In this document: piece after piece, positions 11,523 to 26,200 of the stretch
Numbering within the stretch: the first letter of the stretch is position 1
How the letters are laid out: the number at the start of each line of letters is the position of its first letter
Assembly (NCBI RefSeq): GCF_964355755.1
Contig: NC_092674.1
Location: 18,104,001-18,168,000 of the forward strand
Direction of reading: 5' to 3'
DNA: 64,000 nt
Source of the DNA: Antedon mediterranea
Taxonomy: Eukaryota; Animalia; Echinodermata
Position numbers and translations under genes: made by a program
The notes under the pieces: model-generated
Database searches by the model: none
The model's input: only the letters and a program-made list of their open reading frames with translations
Told to the model about the DNA's origin: nothing

Positions 11523-11949
11523 TATAACTAGAATTTTACGTTTCTGGTGTTTTTATTCAACTTCATATTTTTATTTTCGTGCTATAGCAAAAATTATCCA
11601 CCGTTTTTTCACTTGCCTGGAGGTTACCAGACATGTTATTACATTAGGTTAAACTACTGAAAAGAAGTCTATCTGGTTTTTATAGCAGAATTTTTTCAAA
11701 TTCTGTATTTTACCATTTTTAAGGGAAATTCATGTTTTTTTGCACATATCTGATTTATGTACAATTAACCAAATATTATATTTAAAATTCATGCCTGTAC
11801 CTGAGCTGTGATAGTGCTCAACTGGGCAGTGTTTGTATAAGCACAAAAAAGCATGCAAAAGGAAAATATAGCATCAATATTTGTAGTTAATTTCTTTTTT
11901 TTTAAGCATAAAATTACTTATTATATTTATATAACCTTTATGTTTTAGC

Positions 11950-12160
11950 TTATGTTTTGCTTAAGCTTTAAATCAGCTATTCAGCACTTTATTCGCACTG
12001 TCAATGCTACTTTTTGTTGCTGTTAAAGCTATACCTTTGCTTCGCTATTGCTAAGTTTGCTATTTCAGTAGATCTGCTATTGCTTATTTAGAAATACTAT
12101 TGCTGAAATTAGCACTGCTAATGCTATTTTTCTCATTGCTGAAGCAAAGGATGCTATTAA
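11950..12160. repeat. Low-complexity (t)gcta(tt) repeat tract
   Basis: Many imperfect gcta/tgct units. Confidence 0.5.
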
Positions 12161-12203
12161 TATGTAACATTTATTATTGTTTTATCAAAATCACTTAATA
12201 TTA

Positions 12204-13652
12204 CTAGATGGTACGCTCGCTTCGCTCGCGTACCATCTAGGTCGTGCCCACAGATGGTTCTCGAATACATAATAATTTCAGCGTTAAAAAACTGACGATT
12301 TCAAATGTACGTGCAATAATACATGTCGTTTACAGAAACGAATAAATAGACACTGATTTATGTACTCAACTAAAATTAGCACCATGGGAATTACTTCCGA
12401 AAGAGAAACTTGTCACAAAATGAGACCAATTGTTTAAGTCAAATTTAAACAAACTTAATTTGTGTTTTGTATGTAACATTAGGGTTGAGGGATGGGGAAG
12501 AGGATGGGTGCAAAGAGGAACAATTTTTAAATATATTCTTTATCCATTTAGTAACAAAATATTAATTGTTTTCATGTTTTACAAATAATATACCACTAAA
12601 CACAGTAAAACATTGCGATGTAATACTTTGTTGAAACTATCAGTATCACCGTCCTAGTAGATTGAAATAGCAGTACATGTAACGATACATAACTACGACG
12701 TGTATGTTTATATAATGTAAAACAATTTGTGAAAACCACCTCTATTCGGGGGAAAATCATAAATTCGATTTAATCGTCAATAAATATTAAATTATCTAAC
12801 TCAACTTAATTAGTATTGGTAATGGTTTTCAATTGTTTCTTAGAGCCAATTCATACTTAAGTTGGTTCCTACCCTACCCACCAAAGTTGTTTTGCGTTTA
12901 GGGCATATGATGCACCGTAGGCCTATCAGGCTCTACTATGGCTTTACAACGCTACTCATGCCAGTGAGGGAAGGGTGATGATATGGGTGGTTTAACTGCA
13001 ATAATAAAGATTTGTACATAATATACGGCGACTGAAAACGCTAGCACCAGCTCATTATCCGTTTAAAAAAAATTATATCCAACCTCTGCAGCACAGATTG
13101 AAAAAAAAATGGATCGAATTTCTGTTATGAGTATACAGTACTTTCCTTTACGACGCCTGAGGGAATAGAGACTTGTGGAACGACACAGAGATTGGAATGT
13201 TCCATTCATCGCAAATCAATACATTTGTATAAACGTATATTAAATCTATCAAAATAGTATTTTTTAAAGAAAATCGGCCTGTCTTCAAAATCATCATCAA
13301 CTCGAGCTGTTCAACCGGTTTTCAGCTATTAAAAACAATTATCGTAGGAGGAGATAGTAAAATGCGAAGCCTCCTCGAATTTTTGTGGCGGGTATTTTTC
13401 AAGATTGACATCCATTAGACAGTGTATACCACGATCGGAAAATACCCCTATTTGGGGCAAATCGTTGAACCTAAATTCGTTTTAATCGTCAATAACTAAT
13501 TATCTAACTCAATTTAATTAGTAAACAGGGTTACATCAGGCGGTTAAAATCAGTACCGAAAGTACGAACCAACTTTATATACCATCGAGTAAAAATTATA
13601 AAAGTAAGGCGCGATTTACCGAATTTTGCCCTTACGTAAATTTATATATAGA
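12204..13652 (-). mobile_element. Non-autonomous Helitron (1449 bp)
   Basis: Minus strand starts a|TCTATATATAAA (13652) and ends in the hairpin ctagatggtacgc-gagcgaagcga-gcgtaccatCTAG|t (12204-12240). Inserted between A and T with no TSD. The internal part 13207-13577 recurs at 38991-39350. Confidence 0.8.
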
Positions 13653-14168
13653 TGACAAAAGCCATTTTTGTACACCACAGTAATCATTCTCTGAAAAATC
13701 AAATCAACCAATAGAGAGAGATAAACAACTTCCACTAAAAAGGTGATAATAAAAACAATATAATATATAAATACTGTATGACAAAATAAGGTGTTCATAA
13801 TTTTAGACTTTAAAATATTTAAACAGTCAAAGAAAACATCAATATTCAGAAACTTATTGTAAGATTCGCACAGGTGCTTAAATCATCATTCTCTATTACG
13901 GTGACAACAATACAACAAATCTTAATGTTTTTTTCCACAACAGCCGCTTGTTTAATTAAATGATTTATATTAAATACAAACTTTAAACTCAATCTACTGA
14001 TAATAATAATACATCATAATTTTGATTATAGATTGTCAAGAACATACTGTACATATTTGTATAAACAAAAAACAGCAATTGGGCAAATTGAACTGATATC
14101 CACATATTGTAATCTGATACAATTAAATTTCATCCAGAATCGAACATATTTTGTCTCAGAGAGATTAA

Positions 14169-15094
14169 TGCCCGTATTCTTAAACCGGACTTTAGTCGTA
14201 GTTCGAAGTTCGACTTGAAAAAGTCGTAGTTCGAGCTATTACTTCAAATTCGATTAAAAAACGAAGTAGTCGAAGTTTGCAGTTCGACTTAATGAAGTCG
14301 AGCTTTTAGTCGAGTTGCACACGTCTGGGTAACAAAGGCTATACATTGGCCAATGACAAGAGAGTATTTGAGGAGCAGACGAAATTTTGCGCATTGATAT
14401 CACTTTCCATTTTCTTACAACACTTTTTACGCATCAGGACTATACATGAAAAATAATTTTAATCGTTAATTATTAGAAAAAGATCAGTATTAATTTAACA
14501 GTGAAGTACTTTTGATTAACAACAAACAAAATCTTCAAAATATATTTAGGAACCATGGCGGTACGGTAACTTTTATATTTTCTAGGCTCCCAACAAAGTA
14601 TGATCGCGACGAACCACGCACTTCATAGCGTGACAAGAAAGCGCTAGGCCCCCTAAACATTCCATCGCGTGGTGAATTTCCGCATCTGCCATTGTCGCTA
14701 TGGCGTGACGCAGTTCAAGTCGGACTTGCCCGAAGAAAATAATGTAATTTGTATACAGTTGTAAATAAAGATGATTTTCATTATTATAACATATACCAAT
14801 GTATATTTAATTAAGCTAATATAAAAATAGATATTTCATTCTTCAATATCTGGCCAATATAACAACTCAATGACTGTTACGTTTTTCATAAACATCGTTT
14901 AAAAACCATTTAGTCGACAATTTAGCCTGCCCCCTCCAGGACTAAAAAAATCGATCAAAATCCGTCTCGATTTAGTCGAGGTTGGCCTGAATTAGTCGGC
15001 GATTTAGTTGAAGTTCGGTTTATGAATTAAAATGACGTCATTTTTTTAGTTTTAGCTCGAACTACGACTAAAGTCCGGTTTAAGAATACGGGCG
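14169..15094. mobile_element. PIF/Harbinger-type MITE
   Basis: 37-bp TIR gcccgtattcttaaaccggactttagtcgtagttcga (14170.. / ..15093), TAA on both flanks, tagtcga subterminal repeats. Confidence 0.85.
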
Positions 15095-15673
15095 TAAGTA
15101 TAAGCAACTTCAATTTCATATCATCAATTTTGTATTCTACAATAATAAAATAATCATTACATCCTTGCTTTTAGTTTTATTGGTTATCCGCACTTATCCG
15201 GATAAGCCCTTGTTATTGTTGGGATCTTTTTTTTCCCTTTTTTTTCTCTAGGAAATCAACATGTGTACTCTCGCGCAAATAAAGTGAACAGCGATGGCCA
15301 GGACAAGTTCAATAACTGGCAGTGAATAAAAGGTAACTGATATGCCGATCAAATAACATGCCGCAACGAAAAAAAATTGTGAGAGAATTCTGGAGCGCAT
15401 GTGAAAAAGACTTACGTCCGACAATCGTAATACTAGGCCTAAAATTAAATTTTAGCTAATATGCTTAGCCCTAACCTAGAGGTCAATGTAGAAAATAATT
15501 TGATCAATTTTGATATAATAATAATTGGTGTAATTTTAATAATGATACACTATTCCTCTTTTAGAAGGCTAGGTATATTACGAACGATTTTTATTTATTG
15601 TTGTCCGTGTACGTACTAATAAACCTGGCGCTAGTTTCCTTCGCTTGTATTTTGACTCCAAATCTGATAACTA

Positions 15674-16324
15674 AACTTTATCGTGTGAATACCACACCTT
15701 AGAAGTATGCCTCATGAGTACTTTAATGAAAGAATAAAAGTAAAAAATAAATCCTTAAATTATTGATTTTACAGGCTTGTTTCTCGCACAGAGCAACGAT
15801 AATAGAAGCCCAAAAACAGTGGAATGCGTCAATTTCTCGATCATGCATTTATTGTTGAAAAACACGTTTAATTTCAATATATTTGTTAATTTGTCAATAA
15901 AAATGCTGTAATATGTTACTGCTGATACTGTTCTGTTTTCTAAGAATAATAATCGATCCTAAATCAACATCACTACTTAGCCTAGACCTAGGACATCCTA
16001 CTAAGGATATTATGATGAATTGTTCTATGTTATTCTTTAAAAGGTTAACGAAACCGTAACATTTTTCCTTACTGACAGTGACAAAATCTATTGAAATTGT
16101 ACATGATTTTCACCAAATAATGCGCTAAATATATGGATTCCACAGAGTTTTTAGCTCTTTTGGCATTCCATAGAAACCTAAATATTGATCATTAAGTGAG
16201 CTAAATTCGCAAGAAAAACGTCTGTAAAATCACCAATTTAACGGATTTATTGTTACTTTTATGTGATTTTTCTTTATTAAAGTTGGCCTACTAATTCTAA
16301 GGTGTGGTAATTCAGGATAAAGTT
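15674..16324. mobile_element. Diverged MITE with about 110-bp imperfect inverted arms
   Basis: aactttatc..gaataccacaccttagaa...taaatccttaaattattgattttacagg at 15674-15785 mirrors 16208-16324. Confidence 0.55.
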
Positions 16325-17651
16325 GGCAGGTGCAAAAGGGAACTAGCGGGCACAGGCTACTTCAATTTTGGTGATTTCCTGTCTCGCAATTTTGGGAAAT
16401 GATAAAATGATTCCTCGCATTTTTTTATGCTTGTAGAACAATGCCTCGCATAAATTTATGACTTGCCTCGCTTGCCTTCCCTGCCTCGCACTTTGTTACT
16501 ACCTGCTAGAGCATAGGTAAGGCAAGCCTCTAGCTAAGGCCTAGTAAGAAAGCAAAAACACTCACTTTTTCCGAATGCAAATAACTAGAATTTATTATCA
16601 TCTAGACTAGGAGGGCAGGCTAATAATAATTCTTGAACTATAATAAATAAAGACCTGCTGGCAACAATCAATAGAAAATACACTTTAGTCTTATTTCCAC
16701 AGGCATTTATTTGATATGATAAGAGCCGTAGAAGGCAGTAACAACTCCACTCCCAAAGATTTGTAATAAGACTTTTTTTATGTAGAGCAACTTGTGTATC
16801 TTGTGTATGTTTGTCTTGTGAACAGGATTGCCACTTTTAAGAAGGATAGTGAATGAATTTGCTTATGGTTATCTTTGGCAATTTGCCTAAATATATAAAA
16901 ACAAAACATAGCAGGAGCCTCTTCAAGACATGAGGCATTTGTGCTACCTGTTTTACGAAAAATACATGGACTACCATTTACACTAGTTTTCAGATACTGT
17001 ATTTCGAGCCGACCACAGTTACATTGTTGATCCGGTCACATTTTTTAATCGCGTGATTTGTATCCAACAAAATTGAACTGTGCTTTAAAAAGACAACAGA
17101 AAAAAAATAATAGTTAAAGCCTTGTGAACGGTATACATTCTTTATAACAAAGGATTGACTCCATACTCTGCATAGGAATAGTTGGACAAAGATGACTTTC
17201 TAAAATCTGTGAAAGGAATTCAAGTTTCACTGAAAAATGTCAATTGATTAAGTAGTTATAAATAATCATATGTTTTCACAAAATGGCATGAAATGTGATG
17301 TCGACTAAAAAGTCTATGCACTACCAATGTTACGAGAAGAGAGCATGTGCCATTTAAGAGAAATAGGTGATCACAAAAACAGGAATAAAAAAAATATGGT
17401 GAGTCTTCCGAAGTGTTGAGACGAAATATTAATCGTGAGTACACAATTTGGTTTTGACAAATTGATATTATTTCTCTGGATTTCAAACAAACCTGATGAA
17501 TCTATTCTCTGATGTTAATCATTATTGTTTCTATATTATGTATGGTTTATGGTTGGAAATTCCATTAATACACACACAAAACCATCTCTTGAATTGAAAA
17601 ATTACATTTATTGGAATAAGTGAAGCTGATATTTGTAATGATTTGACTGAC

Positions 17652-17774
17652 CTCTATAAACCTCTTATCTTGATCTTTGGTGCCTCTGCTTTCATCATGG
17701 GATTTAGCAAGTAGCTTAAGCTGTCTTCCATAATAATTATGTACTATTGCATGCTTAAGTGTGAAGCCTATAAC
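17652..17774 (-). CDS. TPP2: TPP2 penultimate-type exon (123 nt): VIGFTLKHAIVHNYYGRQLKLLAKSHDESRGTKDQDKRFIE
   Basis: Bounded by tatttgtag and gtcagt. Aligns with [24 protein letters not shown]...TKENWKNCIQ. The terminal exon was not located. Confidence 0.9.
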
Positions 17775-18875
17775 CTACAAATAAATTAATTACAGAAGAA
17801 ATACTATATAAATAGATTGTATAAAACTTATGCTAATGATATTCATAAAAAGCAGCATAAACATCTGACACACCTAACTGCTTGGAAGGTAAATTTTAAA
17901 GAGTAAAAATACACTAAGGTACCTGTTCTTATCTTCTGTAAACATTGAATTATGTCTATGGCAGAATATAGTTAACAGTTAACTTCTGTGTTTAAAATTA
18001 ATTGTCAAACTCAAAAGTTAGGACTGAAAATGTTAGAAATCACAATAATCCATATCAACTTTTTATTGTCATTACCGCCACCTAGTTATGTTTTCGTCCT
18101 TGTGTTTGTCTGTTACCTCCACCTAGGAGGTTATGTTTTCACCCCTGCAGACCATCCAAACCTCCTCCCAAATGAAAAATCGGGAGGCTTTATTAAACTA
18201 TAGAGGGTGCTATAATAGTAAATGAAACGCTATGAAAAAACCTAAAAATATTGGCATCTATAATGCAGACATTCAAAAGCGGGACATATTGATTTTTTTT
18301 ATAGTAAATAAGGCGGGGGAGGGGGGGGGGGGGGGTTGGGGTGTGATGCATTCATTCTGTAGAAATGCTTCTGGACAAAGCCTGAATAATAATAACCTCC
18401 TAAAATGTCACCATCACATACCCTGCCTGATTATTATTCTTCCGTTGTCACATGGAAGACCCGATGCTTCTATACTAGTTGGTAGAGGGCAGGCCACCAC
18501 CCGAGAGAGGAGGAAAAATTAGCAAAACCAAGGAATAATTAATTATGTTGTTGATGGCACTATTTAAAGATTAATTAATTATTTTGTCATCTCATATTGT
18601 TGCTATGATGTCGGAATTTAGTTTATTTAGAAGAGAAAATTTAATACTGTATTAACTGATGATTAATGTCACACGCATGATTAAAAGCTGGGTTCGCTAA
18701 CCGGATGTGTATATATATATATAAACTTTATTTATTCACGAGACTGATGCAGTACAACTTGTTCAATCAATATTGATTGTTTTTACACAAGTTTGTGATA
18801 TTACAAAAAAAACCAACACCATATAAATACGACAAAAAAGATAGAACAAATTAAAATTGAAAAGAAAAAAAATTA

Positions 18876-18984
18876 CAGCAGAATCCCTTTCATCTGACAC
18901 CTCTAATTAGGGTACACCATACCAGTACTTCCCGTGTAAACGGGAACCCCTATCTAAGTGTATAATTTATGAGGAATTCTACTG
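18876..18984. mobile_element. Small Tc1/mariner (Tigger-like) MITE
   Basis: ta|cagcagaatccc ... ggaattctactg|ta, with TA flanks. Confidence 0.55.
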
Positions 18985-19210
18985 TAGTACATAATAAATG
19001 TTTTTGTTTTCATTTGCCTTAAAATAATATTGATAAAACACACATTTTACATAGTATCTAGCCTTTTAAAAGTTGGATGTACACCATCGTAGATACCATA
19101 TCATTATTTTTGCAATGCATTTTTCAGATACGTTTTAAACAACTTAACTTTTTCCTATTCACTAGTTTGTAGTACAATTAAGCATAATCACACAGTACTA
19201 AGACACAAAA

Positions 19211-20370
19211 CTAGAATTTAATTCGTCACTTTGACGAATTATAGGTGATCATTTTATAATTTTATTGACATTAATATTTTTTAAACATGCACGTATGTTA
19301 ACATACAATCAGAAAATGTTGATGTATGCCATCCTATTATACGCTTATACTATAGTGCTGTGCCTATTATATGCCATATACATTATGTACAGTATATACT
19401 GTATATCTATATACAGTGTAGCATTGGTGAAATTACGGACACGTATCATGTTCTAATTTTTCGGCACTGATGACATTATCAAAATAAACTTGTGGATAAC
19501 AATATCGAAAGATAATGAATTGAGCAATAAAATATAACAATTGGAAGAAAATTTGGCACGTAGAAGGGCGGTGCGCGCTCTTTAAAAATTGTATAACTTT
19601 GACGAAAGAGATGAAAAAACTACTTTTTAACTTCAACTGGCCATATGATAACGTCACAACATCCGATAGGCTTAATTTTTATAATAATTCATATCTACAT
19701 TTCACCAGCTCTCATAATAAGTTATAAACATCAAGGTCAACTTTAATTCAGAAGAGCTGTAAGGTATTCAAATATACCTTGTAGGTAAAATTACGTAACC
19801 ACCGTTATTTAAATTTTAAGACGTGATAACATCATCCAAATAAAAATATTGGAAACTCATAAGTAACATAATTGGTTGAGGTAGAATATATTAAAAATTT
19901 AAAGAAAATCAATCACAGATAAGCGAGTTGCGCTCTGTGGAATATGGTGGTCTATGACAAAAGGGGAAAAAACCCTATTTTAAAAATTCATGTGACCAAA
20001 TGATGACGTCATACCATTTTGTACGTCTAATGTGTATATACATTTATATCTACCACTCATTGGCTTCCATAATAAGTTAAAAAAATTGGGGGTCACCTTC
20101 CATTCTGAAGAGTTATATTCATTTTAAAAAGGCCTTATTTTTTACCATTTTTAGCACTTTTGTACAATTAATGTGCGCATTTTGTCATTTTTAGAGTGCT
20201 CGTATAGCACTATTTTAAGTCGAAATGGACTCAAATTTGGTGAATGTACTAAGGAAGATGAGTAAAATGCAATTTGTACAAAAAAAAATGTATTTTTTAC
20301 ACCTTCTATGTACGCACACGCAAAAAAGACCCGCTCCCGAGGCTCCGAAAATTTTTGAAAAAATAGATGC
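19211..20370 (-). mobile_element. Helentron-type non-autonomous element, truncated copy
   Basis: CTAG at 19211 next to hairpin aattcgtca-ctt-tgacgaatt. Internal sequence (caactggccatatgat.acgtcacaacatccgat) is shared with 49817-51437 and 61813-63174. Confidence 0.7.
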
Positions 20371-21375
20371 TTACACACTGTTTAATAGGCTAGAGAAACT
20401 GTTTCCATCACACTTAATAACAAATATTACATAATGTAAATTTAAATAAATCCTTCCCAAATACTGTACGGATCTTTTTCGACGAACTAATAATAAACTT
20501 TGATCGAAAAACCTTCAAACAAAATGAACATTTGGTAATGCGGTACTCCGAAAATGCCTCGATAGTGCATGTGTTGTGTACCGTGTTTTGGTGGTCTGTT
20601 AACCTCAGAGATATATACCCTACAGCCGGGTGAATAACTCAATGTAATTTGGTATACAATGATTGCAGTAATCGCCGTGTCTATAACACAATTAAAAAAA
20701 CGCCAAATACGCCACATACTTTTTTCGGCCGTCCCGTGTACATACAAGACATTTCATGTTTATTTAAAATTATAAATGAACACCATGTTTCTCGTTTATT
20801 TTTATCGTTTATACTGCATACCATAACATTATACAAAAAACCTTCATACGCGAGAAAAAAGTTCCCGATATTACACTCCACTCAAGGGTGTAAATATACC
20901 ATGCTAACGCTTGCACACACGGACCAGGGCGGCGGAAATTAACTGCAATGGAAAATGGTGTATTTTTGGAGAGTGATGACGTCAGCATTCACACGAGGCG
21001 CGAGCTATACTAGTGACGACGGTAGTTTTAGGAGTGCGCGCATGTGTTTTGAAAATAACTCAGTTGTGGGTATTTTCCGAAGATTTTCTTTTTAAACTCT
21101 TAAACTCTTAGCTCTTTCACTGTGTAGACCTAGGCCTATTTACACAACTATTAATGCTAACCCTAGCTTTAGTAGGGCCTAGCTAGGCCTACTCTTCTTA
21201 ATTAATAGATTAATCCATGTCTAGCGACGGTCAATCGCGGGTAGGTTGCATCTTTTTTTTTTTTGAGAATTAAGGGGGGTGGCTAGCCACCCTATTCACC
21301 CCCTAGATCCGCCACTGATACTATAGATATAAAGTAATGTAAAAAAGGTAATTTTTGTATTAAAAAAAACCTAAC

Positions 21376-21568
21376 CTTTTTCTCTTCAGTATCTGCCCAT
21401 TTCTGAACATCATTGAAAATCTCATCAACAGCCTTTAGTTTCTCACTGTTTTTAGTAGAAGAGGTCACCCCATCAGACATTTTTTGATCGTTTAATTCCA
21501 TATCAGCTATGGCACAACCTTTAGTACATAAAGCTGAAATAAGATAACCTTTCTTCTTTTCCATATCC
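21376..21568 (-). CDS. TPP2: TPP2 exon (193 nt): DMEKKKGYLISALCTKGCAIADMELND...FNDVQKWADTEEKK
   Basis: Bounded by gtctttaag and gttagg, phase compatible. Matches [22 protein letters not shown]...KWTD. Confidence 0.94.
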
Positions 21569-22329
21569 CTTAAAGACAAATATACATGTGGTATATGTGT
21601 ATACAAATAATGAATATTATGAGTTGGATGGTGAGAATATTTCATGAGATGAAAGATTTACTGCTATTTTAGCCTCATTAAATAGAGCAGTCAATCTTTT
21701 AAACCCATGAAATATTCTCTACCTTCAACGAATACAAAAAGAATGTCCGCAGATTTTGAATAGGCCATTTTGTTAATTAAATTAAATAACCATTTAACCT
21801 AGTTATATACCAGCACTTTCACTAAACAAAAACGTTTTCACTTATAAAATGACAAAATAAATTCAACCAAAAACACATTAGATGGCAGTCAATTTTTCAG
21901 GGGAACAATACAGTACCATCCAGAAATGATCTACCCTTGCACGCAAAAATATTCGGGAAAAAATTGTGTGTTAATATTCTGCGAGAGGTCGATTTACGTA
22001 ACTGTTTAGCAGCTACTTCCTGCGAAAAGTTGGAACTCGCGGTATAGCGTGCTCCAGCGATCGCTAACAAAAGGTCATATGGCTAGGTCATTACGTAAAC
22101 CTTGACACACCCTTTCATTCATAGAACAAAAATATTCCAACTCTATTATTTGACGAACAATAATCGCGCTTTGTGAGGCTAGTTTGTAAAACATTTTTTA
22201 CAGAAAGAAAATACATTTATTTAGACTCAAAAAGAATAGTTGGGGAGCCAGAAAGGGTTCACCTGCAAACTATGTTAACAATGTTTTTTTGCTTCCTTAT
22301 ATCAATACAAATCAATTTTTTGCTGTTGG

Positions 22330-22924
22330 CCGAAAAAAAATTGGGATGCTTGGTCAGTACAGGGGCCAAAAGGTCAATATGGTCAAAGTTAGGACTGTGC
22401 ATATTAAATTTGGTAACTTTGGTATATTGGAATAGTTTTTGTGCCAAACTACTCAGAAGACCCATATTGCTATTCACTCTAATGGGAAACTTTTGCCAAA
22501 AGTGAACAGAAACCCCTTTTCTGACCACTGGTCAAGAAATTGGCCATATGAATATCTCATCAACCACTGGTCAGAAAGTGATAATTGTGGTCTCCAATTA
22601 CTCACAAAGTACTGTATATGTTTATATTTGTTCTAATGTAATAAAAATCATGAAACTGTCAATAAACTCCTAATTTTGACCTTTGACATATATACGGCAC
22701 AAATATTTTTGGTGTGGAGCACACTTTTCATATCTCAGAAATTGTTGGGCGGATATGGTTGTAGTTGGTGTCAAAATACTCAGAAGATGCATATTTCTAT
22801 TCACTTTAATGAGTGACCGTGAAACTTTATTTTTGACCATTGGTCAAGAAATAGCCATATCAATATCTAAGCAACCACTAGTCAGAAAGTTATAATTTTA
22901 TTCTCAAATTACTCGCAAAATACT
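22330..22924. repeat. Older repeat related to the Academ TIR subrepeats, split by a LINE (continues about 28621-28750)
   Basis: tgtcaaaatactcagaaga...tattcact.taatg units as in 23440-24230. The unit broken at 22924 resumes at 28621, as shown by the intact unit at 22590-22690. Confidence 0.6.
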
Positions 22925-23233
22925 CGGACTTGAGTCGACCGGAGACAACCTTTCGGGTCTAGCAAATGAACTATTCGATGGCAATATGACCAAATTGGCT
23001 GAAGGGATCAACGTGTTTCTCCAGTCCATAACGTCGGCTTTTGAATCCATTCCACATCCACATCCAGCAGGAGTTGTACCTGACCATCTGTATATCCCTG
23101 TCGAGGCAATGGAATGTAAGCTGAGATCAGTTCAAGTTAACAAGGCAATAGGCCCCCGACAATATTCCAACATGGATTCTTCGAGATGGAGCACACAGTC
23201 TCGCCGGTCCCCTTTGCGCTATTGCCAACTCAA

Positions 23234-26200
23234 TAGTCCAGTCAATCTACCGATAGACCCAAAACAAATTGCAATAGTTTCCGAACCTTTTTTATTTGAT
23301 TCTATATGTTCCTGGAAGAAACATTTCCAAAATCTACCAAAATCGGTTCAGTGGAACATACTTTTTTAAGGGGTCAAGAGGTCATGAGGGTCAAATTATA
23401 TATTTGTATATCTCAGTAACCGCTTGGCCGAACTTGGTAATTTTGGTGTCAAACAATTCAGAAGACCCATATTTATATTCACTCCAATGAAAGTTTTTTT
23501 ATCAAAAATGACCGGAATCCATGTTTTTGACCTTTGACCTATTATTTTGGCATATTCATATCTCGGTAACCACTGGGCGTAAACAAGCGTTTTTGGTGTC
23601 AAAATACCCAGAAGGTCTATGTTTATATTCACTCTAATGAAAACGTTTTGTGTATTATGACCAGACAACATCATTTTGACCTTTGACATATATTCATTAT
23701 TTTATATTATTTCACTAATTAAATTGTTTGTATCTCGGTGACCAATAGTCGTAACTTCTTAATTTTTGTGTTAATCAATTCAGAAGACCCTTATTTATAT
23801 TCACTCTAATAAAACTTTTTACAAAAAATGACCGGAAACTACTCTTTTGACCTTTGACCTATTATATTGGCATATTCATATCTTTGTAACCAATGGGCGT
23901 AGATGAGCATTTTTTGTGTCAAAATATTCAAAAGGTCTATATGTTTATATTCACTCTAATGAAAAAGTCATCGTTTTGACCGTTAACATATATTCTTTAT
24001 TTCATATCTCACTAAATTTATTTTTTGTATCTCAGTGACCAATAAGCGTAACTTTTGTGTTAAACAATTCAGAAGAACCATATTTATTTACTCTAATGAA
24101 ACTATTTTTACAGAAAATGACCGGAAGCTTTCATCTATTATATTTATATATTTGTATCTTTGTGAACTATGGGTTTAGATGAGCATTTTTTGTGTCAAAC
24201 AACTCAGAAGGATATCCACTCTAATAAAAAATGTCTGTGTATATAGTCAATGCGAAAGTAATTATTTTGACCTTTGATATCTATCCAGAAAACGTTTAGT
24301 AATTGGGGCAATATATTGGTGTTATATTTCTTCATAGATCAGCACCCAAGATAACATTTAACTATTCATTATTCTGTTTATATTTACTCTAAAAACACAC
24401 AAAACAGAAAAATATTCAAATAGGCCTGGTTGAGAATATTTACCAATCGTCTGATTTTACAAACCCATTGTTGAATCTTCAGAATCGGTATATTCATTAT
24501 CATCTAGTGAAATGTTTGCGCATACACCTCGACACTCACTACATGCCATGGAGCTCTGTTTTGCATTTGCATCTTATGATTTGTAGGAGCAATTGTGGTG
24601 CTGGGGGGGTTGTCCGTCAAATATGGTATCATCTTGCCTTGGCTGATCTTCCATCCATATTTATCTGGAGGTACATTTTCTTCATTTCCAAGCCAAACTT
24701 GAACTTGTTGGTACACCCTTAGACTATGATTTTTTGCCGCTGATGCCGTTGGGGGTAAAGAACGTGGATGAACTGCTTTAGTAGCTGCATGTAGTCTTTT
24801 CATGAAATTTACGAAACCTCAATTCATCTAGGTTTTCATTATCGCTGCTACCATACAAAGACAAAATGGCGTTATTACCCGCTGCAATTACCTCCTGTCT
24901 GTTTGCCTTACAAGTCATAAACACTTTGGCTTGTTCAGAAAAGAAACAGTCACTTCTTACTTTAGTTACTGCTTTGATTTTCCCAATACCAAAAAATCGC
25001 GATGTCGTGTCACATCCAAGGAACGCGTGACAAAATAGGATATATTTACAAACATCGCTGCCAAGGTCAAGTCTTGTTGCCGCAATGTTCCAACATCGTT
25101 GCACCTTTTTAGTTTCTTTCCTTTGGTTTGGCTTGAACCATACATTATGTTTGGTGTGACCACCATGGTGGATAAGGAGGACCAGGATATCTGTATCATC
25201 TGCGATGACAACCGTGCCTATTTGTTCTGCACAGGACAGAGCCATCTTCGACACAAGATAGTCAGCGTCAGCTTCTGCGTGGTGAACAGTACAACCTTCT
25301 TTTTCAAGACTATTTCCCAAAATCTTAATGAATCTTTGTTTGTTTTGAACGTTTGACAGAAATTCTTCTTTTTTTGGTTTGTAAGGTCATAGATTGGTCA
25401 AAGTGTACAGCTACACCACCACCACCACTTCTCCTTGTATGTGTACAGTCTTTTGTACTTAGTGAGTTATCGTACCCATCAAAAACAATGGGTTTTCCAT
25501 ATTTGTGAGAAACATATTTAGTGTATACTCTCATAATGTCACCCCTGAAGCCCCTCTTGTCCATGGAATTTTATGAAGTAGTGCTCCTCCATCTAAGACG
25601 TACTGAATTTGATCAGGAGGTTCTGGAGCAACCTCGATTGCTGTTGACCACAAACTATCAGCTAAACTAGCTTTATTTGCAGACCTCATCATATCTGGTG
25701 ATTCAAACAATCTAAATATATCTGATACATTATCGCATCTTGTGCCGGCAGTTACAAGTCGTTGAAATAGAAGTAAAGGATCTACATTGACCACATCATC
25801 TTTTATCTTCAATGCGCTTTTAGAGTTCATTGTAATGGATTGGCTCTTTTTCCGAAATGTGTAGTCGGCGACCTTTTGGTTTGTCATTGATTGCACAATT
25901 TGTTGACCTACATGCTTGGCATTATCACAGTCTACATTGATATGTGCCGTCACTCCAGTTGCAATGTTTGTCAGTGATTTTGTACTGTCTGTATTGAATG
26001 GATTTCGCTGTGTCAGATACCTTGATATGTCTTGTACATCACTGAGGTCCTTCATCTTTCTGGCATATGTTGTTTCTTTATGTTGTTCACTGGTAGTGTA
26101 CAAAACGTTAGTGAACTCTTGCATTGAATGATTGATCTTGGCGCAGACTGGAGTTGAAAGGACCCAGATACAGTAAGTCGTTGAATTTCTGTTAATCCTC

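Noticed and set aside
13616-22895. Numerous 60-110 aa ORFs in AT-rich sequence (other than 21292..21645)
   Set aside because: No recognisable motifs, many non-ATG starts, lying in non-coding TE or intron sequence. Antisense ORFs over the LINEs were rejected likewise.
24778-25320. Host XPG/FEN1 nuclease gene
   Set aside because: Lies inside TIRs with a TSD and is continuous with Academ transposase motifs.
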